Shown here one piece after another: positions 53,546-63,055 of a stretch of DNA of 64,000 nucleotides. A model generated the notes under the pieces. The model ran no database searches. It was given only the letters and a program-made list of their open reading frames with translations, and was not told where the DNA came from. The stretch covers positions 576,001-640,000 of the forward strand of contig CAVOHZ010000010.1 in assembly GCA_963695855.1 (NCBI GenBank), given 5' to 3'. The stretch's first letter is position 1. Every line of letters starts with the position of its first letter. The stretch is from an uncultured Nitrososphaerales archaeon. GTDB lineage: Archaea > Thermoproteota > Nitrososphaeria > Nitrososphaerales > Nitrososphaeraceae. The position numbers and the translations under genes were made by a program.

Positions 53546-55153
53546 ATGGCCAAGGATCCAGAGAAGACAAATTTGAAAAGTTTAGCTGTGATAAAGAAGA
53601 TGGGATTTGAACCTAAAAAAATTTGTGCCAATCTATCGGTTCCAGAATTGGTAGAATTTTCAGTTATTCGTAAAGAAGCTAATATGTCCTCAACAGGAGC
53701 CTTGTCCGTATTCACTGGAAAATTTACTGGAAGATCCCCTGATGATCGATATATTGTTGAAGATAATATAACTAAAAAAAATATTAATTGGGGAAAAGTA
53801 AATCATCCAATTTCAGAACAGACTTTTGATCAAATATTTGAACGAATGAAAGAGTTTGTAAGAAACAAGGAATTATTCTTATTTAATGGATACGTAGGAG
53901 CAGATGAGGAAGCAAGGTTTCCTGTAAGTGTAATTACAGATAAAGCTTGGCAATCTCTTTTCGCTAATCAAATTTTGATAAAACCAAAAGAAAATGAATT
54001 AAAAAATTTTTCTCCAAAATTGGTTGTCTTTTCTTTAAATGATTTTAAAGCGATGCCGAAAAAAGAGAAAACGGAGTCAGAAACATTCATTATTATTAAT
54101 TTAAAAAAGAAGATTGTTTTAATAGGATACACTTCCTATGCCGGAGAAATAAAAAAATCAATATTTTCTGTTATGAATTATTTCTTGCCTGCAAAAGGCA
54201 TTTTTCCTATGCATTGCTCTGCAAATGTTGGTAAAAATGGAGACACTACACTATTCTTCGGATTATCAGGAACTGGCAAAACAACGTTATCTGCTGATTC
54301 TGATAGATTTTTGATTGGAGATGACGAACATGGATGGTCCGCAGATGGAATATTCAATTTTGAGGGAGGATGTTATGCAAAATGCATAAACCTGAAAAAG
54401 GAAACAGAACCACAGATCTGGAACGCAATAAAATTTGGATCGGTTATGGAAAATGTCGTTATTTCAAATAATAAAAGGGTACCCGACTTTAATGACAATT
54501 CATTAACGGAAAATACTCGTGCTGTATACCCTTTAGAATTCATACCACGGGCAGTAATACCTAGTGTAGGTAGTCATCCAAATGTGATAATTTTTCTTAC
54601 TGCTGATGCTTTTGGCGTATTGCCACCAATTGCAAAATTGACAAAAGAAGGAGCAATGTATCATTTTATGTCTGGATATACCAGTAAGTTAGCCGGTACT
54701 GAAAGAGGAATTACAAAACCCAAAGAAACCTTTTCCCAATGCTTTGGTGCACCATTCATGCCCCTGCACGCTATGGATTACGCCGAAATGTTAGGACGAA
54801 AAATGACGGAGCACAATTCAAGGGTATATTTGATTAATACTGGATGGCATGGAGGTCCTTATGGAATAGGCAAGAGAATTGACCTTAGACATACCAGAAT
54901 AATGGTGACTAATGCTATAAGTGGAGAAATAGATAAATGCTCATTTAAATTGCATCAAATTTTCAATTTGCAGATTCCAACATCATGTCCTGGTGTACCT
55001 AACGAGCTACTTGATCCCAGTCAAACATGGAAAGATAAAAAAGATTACAATATTGCTGCTAGGAAATTAGCAAGATTATTCACACAAAATTTTGAGAAAT
55101 TCGGGCGAGTATCTAAAGAAATTATTGATGCTGGTCCAAAACCAAATGTATAA
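53546..55153 (+). CDS. pckA: phosphoenolpyruvate carboxykinase (ATP)
   Basis: TGRSP, YAGEIKKS, MHCSAN, GLSGTGKTTLS, IGDDEHGW, NFEGGCYAK. Confidence 0.98.
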   Translation: MAKDPEKTNLKSLAVIKKMGFEPKKICANLSVPELVEFSVIRKEANMSSTGALSVFTGKFTGRSPDDRYIVEDNITKKNINWGKVNHPISEQTFDQIFERMKEFVRNKELFLFNGYVGADEEARFPVSVITDKAWQSLFANQILIKPKENELKNFSPKLVVFSLNDFKAMPKKEKTESETFIIINLKKKIVLIGYTSYAGEIKKSIFSVMNYFLPAKGIFPMHCSANVGKNGDTTLFFGLSGTGKTTLSADSDRFLIGDDEHGWSADGIFNFEGGCYAKCINLKKETEPQIWNAIKFGSVMENVVISNNKRVPDFNDNSLTENTRAVYPLEFIPRAVIPSVGSHPNVIIFLTADAFGVLPPIAKLTKEGAMYHFMSGYTSKLAGTERGITKPKETFSQCFGAPFMPLHAMDYAEMLGRKMTEHNSRVYLINTGWHGGPYGIGKRIDLRHTRIMVTNAISGEIDKCSFKLHQIFNLQIPTSCPGVPNELLDPSQTWKDKKDYNIAARKLARLFTQNFEKFGRVSKEIIDAGPKPNV

Positions 55154-55156
55154 AAG

Positions 55157-55289
55157 TAGCCCGGAGCAGATTCGAACTGCTGTCTCCAGGTTTCTTTTCT
55201 GAGATCCAGAGCCTGAAATCCTTAGCCCTACCATGGAGTTTAGCCGCTAGATTCGGCATCAGTCACGAAACAACTGATTCGACCGGGCT
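55157..55289 (-). tRNA. tRNA-Gln(CUG) with three introns (10/11, 21/22, 37/38)
   Basis: Removing 55279-55252, 55239-55222 and 55205-55192 gives a 73-nt cloverleaf: AGCCCGG TC GTCT AGCGGCTAA GGAT T TCAGG CTCTGGA CCTGG AGAC AGCAG TTCGAAT CTGCT CCGGGCT A; each intron has a BHB-like motif. Confidence 0.92.
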
Positions 55290-55564
55290 CCTCGAGCTAC
55301 ATTTTTACTTGTTTTATACAGATATTTATTTTCTCTGACTAGTCTTTTGTACCACTCTTTCAAAATATCTTATATTGCCATTTTTCTTATAAAATGCGAT
55401 AAATATTAGCAGTTAACTTGAAATATATACTAATCATTTAATATCTAAATTTTGACGAATGTACAATGAGTTTGTTTATTTTTGAAACAAAATTTTAATT
55501 GGAGAGAATTTAATTCAATCAGAACGGCTTTATATACCCGATGACGATTATTAAATTTGGACTT

Positions 55565-57460
55565 TTACCCATATCTGAAGAAAATTCCCTTTTCACCTTT
55601 TGGATGCTTCCATTCAGTTTCTTTTGAACAAGTTCCGCATTCGATACATCCTTCATGTTGAAGGACTACCTTGTTATCCTCTACACTATAACATTTTGTT
55701 GGGCACAGGATTGTCATCTTTTTCATGAATTCAATTTGCGGTTTTGTTACTAAGATATGAGGCGAACTATCTTCATAATATTTCAACTTAGAAATACGTT
55801 CGTCGATTTCAGGAATATTTAATTCATATTCAGAGGAAATCATTTTGCCAAGTTTTTCTGCTAGCAATATAGGTACATCAGTATAGGTATTTTTTGACTC
55901 CAAAAAGGATAAAAATCTATTGTAACCAAGTCTATTGATCAAACTTATTCCTAAATTTCGCAGAAATTCATTAGACATGCAATCGAGAACAAAATTATTT
56001 TTAAAACCCAAATCGTGTAAAGGCGTTTGTCTGATTGTATTCACAAGTGTTTTGACATAGCCCTTATCGATTTTTTTCATATCTCTTGTATAAGGACTTT
56101 CATCCAAAGAGTCGGTATAAATTTTTCCCATATAGTCAGATTCAGAATTATTTCTGTCAATAGATCTCGCAACAGCTTGTGCTGCCCTCGCAGCATCATC
56201 TATACCGACATTCAAACCTTCAATTCTTGGACCTATAAAAACTCCTCTCCCAGCGGCATCTCCTATAAACAAAATATTCTTGTAATACGGTTTTGTCATC
56301 ATAGATCTCTTACCATCTGGTACCAACTTTGCACCATATTCTAATTCCACATAGTTAGTAACAAATTTGGTATTATATTCGTCAATCAATTTGTTTTTAG
56401 TTAAAGTCATCTTTTCTTCTATATCTTCAATAGACTTAAATTTCCCGTCTGTTATATATTTTTGTCTATTTTTTGGTGAATAATAAATATACTTTAACTC
56501 ATTCCAAGTGTTTATTAGTTTACTTATCGCAAACGATTTCTTGGTTTGTTCTTCTTTAGGTAAATCCCTTGCTATATTTTTTATTGGAACCTCATCTTTT
56601 ATGAGTTCCTTTATCATTGGATTATTAAGTAAAGCGTTAATAAGACCATAAGGTTCTACAGGATTTTTTAGCAAAGAATCAAGATGATATACCCCTCCAA
56701 TTGACAGAGATTCTCTGTTAGTATAAAGAAAACCTCCTCCAATTTGGTTTAGCGAAGTATCGCCACTAAAAAGATGGGCTATACCTTCTTCTGGGCTTAT
56801 ATTAAACCTCTTTTCGATTATTTCTTCTGGTAATTTGATTACAACTTTGACTCCCTGATAAAGTTGTTCCGTGGAAAATTTGTCTCTTGCACCTACCATT
56901 GATGCAACTTCTGAATTAACTCCATCTGCAGCTATTATTGCATCAGTCTCAAATTCCTCAAGTTCGTCAGTTTCGACAATCATGGAAGGAGTAGACTTAG
57001 AATCTGTTACCTCTTTATCTTTCCATGAAATACCGTTGACGTGAACACCTGATATTATACCTCCGCCCTGTTTTTCTGCCTCTTCGCCAGCCTCTGTTGC
57101 AAACCAAGAATTTAATTTGTTTAAAAGAACAGAATAACCAAAATTAGATTTATAATCATGGACAGGAGTAAGATCGATAGAAAAAACTTTATTTTTTGAA
57201 GTTGCGTTTAAAACATATTTAGTTATCCGACGCTCAAAAGGTGTTTCTTTGAGGAAGTTTTCTCCATAGATATCCTCAACATTATAAACTTTACCATATG
57301 CAGAATTTTTAGAATACAAAATTCCACCAGATATATTTTTTGATCCTATCACCTTTCCTGATTCTATCAAGATAGCCTGCTTTCCTAAAGTCGAAATATG
57401 TTTTAGTGCAGATAACCCTGCAGAGCCCCCGCCAATAATTATAACATCATAATGATCCAT
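55565..57460 (-). CDS. fixC: FixC-like FAD oxidoreductase fused to FixX-like ferredoxin
   Basis: IIGGGSAG, KNISGG, ADGVNS, GDAAG; C-terminal CPTKC...CIECGTC...HPKGEKG. Confidence 0.9.
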   Translation of the reverse strand: MDHYDVIIIGGGSAGLSALKHISTLGKQAILIESGKVIGSKNISGGILYSKNSAYGKVYNVEDIYGENFLKETPFERRITKYVLNATSKNKVFSIDLTPVHDYKSNFGYSVLLNKLNSWFATEAGEEAEKQGGGIISGVHVNGISWKDKEVTDSKSTPSMIVETDELEEFETDAIIAADGVNSEVASMVGARDKFSTEQLYQGVKVVIKLPEEIIEKRFNISPEEGIAHLFSGDTSLNQIGGGFLYTNRESLSIGGVYHLDSLLKNPVEPYGLINALLNNPMIKELIKDEVPIKNIARDLPKEEQTKKSFAISKLINTWNELKYIYYSPKNRQKYITDGKFKSIEDIEEKMTLTKNKLIDEYNTKFVTNYVELEYGAKLVPDGKRSMMTKPYYKNILFIGDAAGRGVFIGPRIEGLNVGIDDAARAAQAVARSIDRNNSESDYMGKIYTDSLDESPYTRDMKKIDKGYVKTLVNTIRQTPLHDLGFKNNFVLDCMSNEFLRNLGISLINRLGYNRFLSFLESKNTYTDVPILLAEKLGKMISSEYELNIPEIDERISKLKYYEDSSPHILVTKPQIEFMKKMTILCPTKCYSVEDNKVVLQHEGCIECGTCSKETEWKHPKGEKGIFFRYG

Positions 57461-57502
57461 CTATATCAACCTACCAAACAATGGGTACAAATACATCGGT
57501 GG

Positions 57503-58786
57503 TCATTTTTTTGAAGCCTGAACTTCTAGAGGAGATACTATCCTTTTGATCTCGTCGATAAGAACTGGAATAACGTCTTCCATTTTACCTCTGATTAATA
57601 CGTCGCATTCATTCATAATAGGAGCGTTTTCATCAGGATTTATTGCTATAACAAATTCTGATTCTTTCATTCCTTCAAGATGTTGTATTGCACCACTTAT
57701 TCCAATTGATATGTAAATTTTAGGCGTTATTTTCCTTCCACTTGTTCCAATTACCCTACTAGGGATAATATATGTTGAGTTTATTCTTTCATCTAGGGGA
57801 AATATTTTCTTAGATATTGGTAAGGATATACCGATTTCTGCTTTGAGGAGTTTTGCTAACGATTCAATTAATTTTATATTTTCTTCTGGATTTTCCTTTA
57901 TTCCTCTTCCGAAACTAATTACTATTTTATGAGAATCAAAATCAATTTTGTCCTTGATTATAGTTCTGTTCAAAATCTTTATCCTAAGATCCTGTTCGTT
58001 AAATTTAGGAGTATATTCAACAATTATTCCTCTTCTATTCGTTTCGCGCTTGATTGGAATAAAAGCTCCAGGAATTATACTACACGCTTGTGGGTGATAA
58101 TCTTTTTTAATTTCTGGACTTTTATTATCAAGACACAAAATAGTAGTCCATAAAAAACCCGAGAAATCTGGTCTATACATTTCTAAAATCTTCTCATACC
58201 TAACTGTTTGACCGTTTGTTTTGTATTGGTGTTTAATATCCAGATCATCAATAGAGAGCTTGTTTACATCGGAAGCGAGACCCGAGTCAAGTTCAGCGAG
58301 GACTGTTGCAGATAAGTGTCTACCAATACTATCTGCAGCGAAAAACATGTATCGTGGTTTTTCAAATTCAGAAGCATATTCTGGTGAGATAGCTGCAATC
58401 ATTTTCTTATCAACCACCATCTGTGAAATAACTTTTGTACAAGTCTGATTCAATAGATATTTCAAGTTAGTATTATCTGCATACATAACCGCATCAGCAC
58501 CATGGTAAATAAATTCATTGCACATTTCTTTTACATTTTCTCCCAGCACCAAGGCTATGACTTTTTCATTAGAATTGTATCGTGTGTTAAAACTATCCAT
58601 CAAACGTCGCGCTTCGCCTAACATTTCATAATTCACAGGAATCGCCATTCCATCAACTATTTCTATAACAACATACAAGTTACGGTACTTGTTTGTATTA
58701 ATATAATGACTTGACTTTTGGGCGGAATTGATATTATCCAAACCATGGGCGTTGCTTAAACCATTATCAACAGTCATATCTATCAA
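57503..58786 (-). CDS. etfA: electron transfer flavoprotein alpha subunit
   Basis: IGTSG, YISIGISGAIQH..GM, AINPDENAPI. Confidence 0.92.
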   Translation of the reverse strand: MIDMTVDNGLSNAHGLDNINSAQKSSHYINTNKYRNLYVVIEIVDGMAIPVNYEMLGEARRLMDSFNTRYNSNEKVIALVLGENVKEMCNEFIYHGADAVMYADNTNLKYLLNQTCTKVISQMVVDKKMIAAISPEYASEFEKPRYMFFAADSIGRHLSATVLAELDSGLASDVNKLSIDDLDIKHQYKTNGQTVRYEKILEMYRPDFSGFLWTTILCLDNKSPEIKKDYHPQACSIIPGAFIPIKRETNRRGIIVEYTPKFNEQDLRIKILNRTIIKDKIDFDSHKIVISFGRGIKENPEENIKLIESLAKLLKAEIGISLPISKKIFPLDERINSTYIIPSRVIGTSGRKITPKIYISIGISGAIQHLEGMKESEFVIAINPDENAPIMNECDVLIRGKMEDVIPVLIDEIKRIVSPLEVQASKK

Positions 58787-58790
58787 CCGT

Positions 58791-59684
58791 TTAAGAGGAA
58801 TAATGATTTCCAGTCAATAATAATATTTTCTTCACGACTTCTTTAATTCGTTCATTATTATCTGCATCAATAATTTCTGCCTTTCTATTCGATTGACCCT
58901 TAGGAATTCTCTCCACTTTATATACAATAGTTGGAGAACCAGGTAAACCGACTGTTTTTGGATCCAATCCTAAATCATCGTGATTAAAGATTTTAAGATA
59001 AGATTTATAATTGTCGCCCCTAGATTTAGCTTCCTTTTGATACCTTGTAGAAATCAATCTTGATGATAAAGTATTAAATGATGGTTTGTAAGAGGGATCG
59101 ACTGAAATAAACACGGGAAGAGGTGCTTCAATTTCTTCAACAATATTATACGTTCCATTCAAAGATATAAGACGTTGAAGAATTATTAGTCTTTCCTTTA
59201 GATTTATACTATAACTTATTACATTTCCAAAAAACGGATAATTAAGCTTCCACGCGGTTTGAGGTCCAGTTTGACCAGTTTCCCCATCTGAGGCGCGATG
59301 ACCTGAAAAAATTATGTCAATTCCGCTATTATTATCATTATTCATACTCATTTTTTTTATTCCTGCTTTTAATACCTCGGCCGTAGCTAAAGTATCTGCA
59401 CTAGCAAATATTCTATCAGTATAAAGATGAAGTAAGTCTGCATCACATAACTGTTGAGCTTCTCTTAGTGCCATGTCCGACATTGGAGGTCCCATTGTAG
59501 CAACTGAGATGTGTGCCCCATAATTAACCTTGGCATAAAAAGATGCTAACGATGCTATTACACTATGAGCGCCTAATTTGCTCTTGGTCTCAGCTCTATT
59601 AAGAGTACCGTCCGGATTATAGCTAATACTGCCTTCAGAAAAATCTGGTTCAAGTTTTATAATTACCGCAATATTGAGGGTCAA
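58791..59684 (-). CDS. etfB: electron transfer flavoprotein beta subunit
   Basis: MGPP, FASADTLATA, DGETGQTGP, GLPGSPT. Confidence 0.92.
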   Translation of the reverse strand: MTLNIAVIIKLEPDFSEGSISYNPDGTLNRAETKSKLGAHSVIASLASFYAKVNYGAHISVATMGPPMSDMALREAQQLCDADLLHLYTDRIFASADTLATAEVLKAGIKKMSMNNDNNSGIDIIFSGHRASDGETGQTGPQTAWKLNYPFFGNVISYSINLKERLIILQRLISLNGTYNIVEEIEAPLPVFISVDPSYKPSFNTLSSRLISTRYQKEAKSRGDNYKSYLKIFNHDDLGLDPKTVGLPGSPTIVYKVERIPKGQSNRKAEIIDADNNERIKEVVKKILLLTGNHYSS

Positions 59685-60480
59685 GAAATAATATCTTATT
59701 TTTAAGGTTTAAAATAATTTGTCAAGCTAGATGAGTATATTTAATATTATCTATTACTAGTTTCGGGTTTAGCTTGATATGATTTTATTTGGACGAAGTC
59801 ATAATCATCAAGAAGATGAAAGATATAACTAAAAAGAATATGAAATGAAGGAGATTCTAGCATTAACTAGCGGTACCTAACAATATTTAGTGCTAATTAT
59901 CTTTCAATCAAACAACTACAGTATAAATCTATATTCAAAATATATTCACAGGTATAAAATATTAAAGAAGTGAATATATTGGTGATCCTTAACCAATTGG
60001 TATTATCTTTTTATCTCGCAATTTGTTAAACATATGTATATATCTATTGAGCGTTTGCCCTAAAAACACGATTTAAATTTCACGATCATTCCGTTTTTTT
60101 TTCGGAATTGTTAATTTCTTCCACTTTAACCGTTAATCCTATTGAAATCAATATACCGTAGATGCTAAAAAATTTATGTAATTAGGTAATTTATTTACTT
60201 ATTTGGCAGTATTTTTTTATCGTCCAGATTTTGAGAATTTATTTAAAAAGTATAGCACATAGAGATTCAAAAAATCCTTTTCTTATTTTAATTAAGCAAT
60301 TTATCATAAATAAAACATAAATCAATAATCTAATCAAAAGAGAAATTAAAAATCAAATTAACCTATATTCTAATTTGAAAAAAAGTACTTTATTTTTCAG
60401 AACAAGTATAGAACTGTGATCATTTTGTTCTAAAATAGAGAAATTTTCACTATATTCAACAAAAAATTGTGATTATCAGA

Positions 60481-60903
60481 TCATTTTTGTTGTTCGCGAT
60501 CAGAAAATCTTAATTGTATATCTTTATGAGGACATACATGAATTATTTCCTCAGCTAATTTATAACTCCCTTCATTCAGATTTTCCTCTTGTGAAAATTC
60601 AAATACCGTTTTTGTTTCGGGTAAATATACTTTTTTGATATTTAGATCACCCTCTCCTTCTTCTCCCTTCTTAAAAACATATCTTTCTCCTCTTTTGGTT
60701 ATTGGATTCCAGCTCCTTAGTAATATCCCTTGATTTTCGATGTTTTGATTTGTTTTTTTATCATAGATTTTAGTATTTATGAAAAGATGGAAGAAAATGT
60801 CGCTTGAATTATAGAGATACTTCAATGTGTATTTGTTATAATCTGGAGTTCTTTCTGCTTCATGATTTTGTTTTAGTCCATTTTCCAATTTATTAAAAAA
60901 CAT
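60481..60903 (-). CDS. hypothetical protein
   Basis: 140-aa ORF, no recognised motif. Confidence 0.55.
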   Translation of the reverse strand: MFFNKLENGLKQNHEAERTPDYNKYTLKYLYNSSDIFFHLFINTKIYDKKTNQNIENQGILLRSWNPITKRGERYVFKKGEEGEGDLNIKKVYLPETKTVFEFSQEENLNEGSYKLAEEIIHVCPHKDIQLRFSDREQQK

Positions 60904-61057
60904 TCTTTACATGATATTCTCCTTTAATATATTATTACATGCATTTTATTTAGATTTTACTAAAACGTCAAAAAAATTGAAGCCGTTGCTAGTATGTTTG
61001 AAATGAATGATACAGATATGATTTCATCATCATGAGATGTCCTGTATCTTTAAATCA

Positions 61058-61522
61058 CTATTTTATTACCAAAACTGGACAATGAGAATGCGTAATCACC
61101 CCAGAAGCAACACTTCCCAATAGTAACTTCTTGATACCAGATCTTCCGCGCGTTCCCATCACTATCAAATCAATTTTTTCCTTCTCCGAAAAATTAATGA
61201 TTGCAGGTACTATTGAGGAAGCGACTATTACTTGCGACTTAAATTTAATAATTTTTGTTTGATCTACAGAACTTGACTCTTGTTTAACTTTTTCAAACCA
61301 TCCTTCAGCCTTTTGTTTTTCCATCTCAAGTAGTTTATTGATTGAATCATCAGGAACTAAGCCAAGAGATGAATAGGTAAATCCAGTTTCTGAAACCACC
61401 ACATATAGAGCGATTACTTGACTATCGAACTTGATAGATAGAGAGATAGCATATCCCGCTGCTTCAAATGATTTTTCTGACCCATCGATAGCTACTAAGA
61501 TTCTTGACATTTCTTCCTTCAT
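61058..61522 (-). CDS. universal stress protein
   Basis: ILVAIDGSE, DLIVMGTRGRSG...LLGSV, CPVLVI. Confidence 0.95.
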   Translation of the reverse strand: MKEEMSRILVAIDGSEKSFEAAGYAISLSIKFDSQVIALYVVVSETGFTYSSLGLVPDDSINKLLEMEKQKAEGWFEKVKQESSSVDQTKIIKFKSQVIVASSIVPAIINFSEKEKIDLIVMGTRGRSGIKKLLLGSVASGVITHSHCPVLVIK

Positions 61523-61744
61523 ATAATAGATAAGATATAAAATATAAAATATAAAAAACCTATCTAACATGTAAGAGGATCATTTCCATCAGATTTAATA
61601 CCAAACGATTGGAATTTGATAACCCGCATACAAAATGGGATGTATTTAGAATGCCAAAAGAAAGTAAATATCAACGATTAGTTAGCCAATTGCTGCTTGT
61701 GTTTGCTCTGTTTCAGAACTCGTTCATACAATCTTTTTATACAT

Positions 61745-62310
61745 CCAATCAACAAATATGTTACAATTATACCATCAAACCAATTATACAATGATACTTT
61801 TAGCATCATCTCTTTTACCATGTTCTCAAATTATCTTCCTAATCATATTCTCTGATCTGATAGCAGTAACATATTCTCCATACATTCTCTTGATAATGGA
61901 AAAAATACTTTCTGCAATCATCTCCTACCACAGCATTTGCTAACTTTCCATTTATTAGCGTCAGTTTTCAGCTTCTTTACAGCCTTATTTTTGAGATACT
62001 GATTGTTACTTTTAAATCTGGAATCCTTCTTTACCTTTATTATTGCTGGTTGTATGTCTTTAAATTATAGAAACTGAAAAATCTTATCACTGTCATTAGG
62101 AATCATCTCGAATTGGAATTTTTACTCTTTTATTCCGTTTTATTGTTATATCATCTTCCATGTCAGGAAGCACTCCAATCATGTACTTCTTCATTAGTTA
62201 CTTCTAATGATAAAATTCTCTTTCGTTTCATATCAACTGCTAAATGTATTTAGATAATCTCTTTTGACATTGCAAATCATTTTTTTGACATTTTAATACT
62301 GTTATTAGGT
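61745..62310 (-). pseudogene. IS5-family (DDE_Tnp_1) transposase relic
   Basis: Fragments AVDMKRKRILSLEVTNEEVHD and GRR*IAESIFSIIKRMYGEYVTAIRSENM...VKEMMLKVSLYNW with stops and frameshifts; ends approximate. Confidence 0.8.
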
Positions 62311-62346
62311 TTCTAAATATAGTAACAATACAGTCTATATTAAATT

Positions 62347-62967
62347 CTATTCTATTGTTTTTATCAGATCTGTTAATGACCTTTTTGGTTTTGGATGTAA
62401 AATCGTCAAAGGATATCCAATACACAAAATTGAGGAAGGAGCCAGATCTGTATTTATTGCCTCCTTCACCTTCTTCTCATCTATCATGCCTATCCAAACT
62501 GAACTTAGTCCCAACGAATGTGCAGCTAATTGAGCATATGATGCTGCTAAGGTTGCATCTTGAAGAGAAAATTTTTTAATAATTTCTACCGGGAATTTCA
62601 TTTTTACTCTTTCTGGGTTCATACAAAATACTAAAACAACGGGGGAATTGACATATGGCTGATTATTTGAGGCTTCAACCAATTTTTCCTTAGTGTTTCT
62701 GTTCTTCACATGAAAGATTTCAAAGCCCTGGAAACCCCCTGCGGTTGGAGCTGTATCTGCGGCTGCAAATATTATATCCATCTTCCAATCTTCTACTTGT
62801 TTTTCTTCAAATTTTCTCTGTGATCTTCTATTTAACATTACATTGTATATGTTAGTTTCCAAAATATCCTCAAAATTAACTTCACTTATCTCCGGTTTTG
62901 GAAAAACCTTTCCTGTACTTCCTGATTCATCATACATCCTTTTTAAAATTTCTTGTGGGTCTGACAA
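62347..62967 (-). CDS. nitroreductase family protein
   Basis: RRSQRKF, APTAGGFQ, QLAAHSLGLSSVWIG, LCIGYP. Confidence 0.92.
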   Translation of the reverse strand: MSDPQEILKRMYDESGSTGKVFPKPEISEVNFEDILETNIYNVMLNRRSQRKFEEKQVEDWKMDIIFAAADTAPTAGGFQGFEIFHVKNRNTKEKLVEASNNQPYVNSPVVLVFCMNPERVKMKFPVEIIKKFSLQDATLAASYAQLAAHSLGLSSVWIGMIDEKKVKEAINTDLAPSSILCIGYPLTILHPKPKRSLTDLIKTIE

Positions 62968-63055
62968 TACCTTGTAAATGAATCACTAGTAAAAAAATAT
63001 TATTGAATAAATTTTAGAGATTTTATTTTATATTTTAATATAATTTATCATTTTA

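Noticed and set aside
59690-60480. Long gap upstream of etfB
   Set aside because: AT-rich; no ORF, repeat or structured RNA could be supported
61609-62425. ORFs 61609-61794, 61758-61943 and 62240-62425
   Set aside because: Mostly explained as shadows or fragments of the IS5 relic
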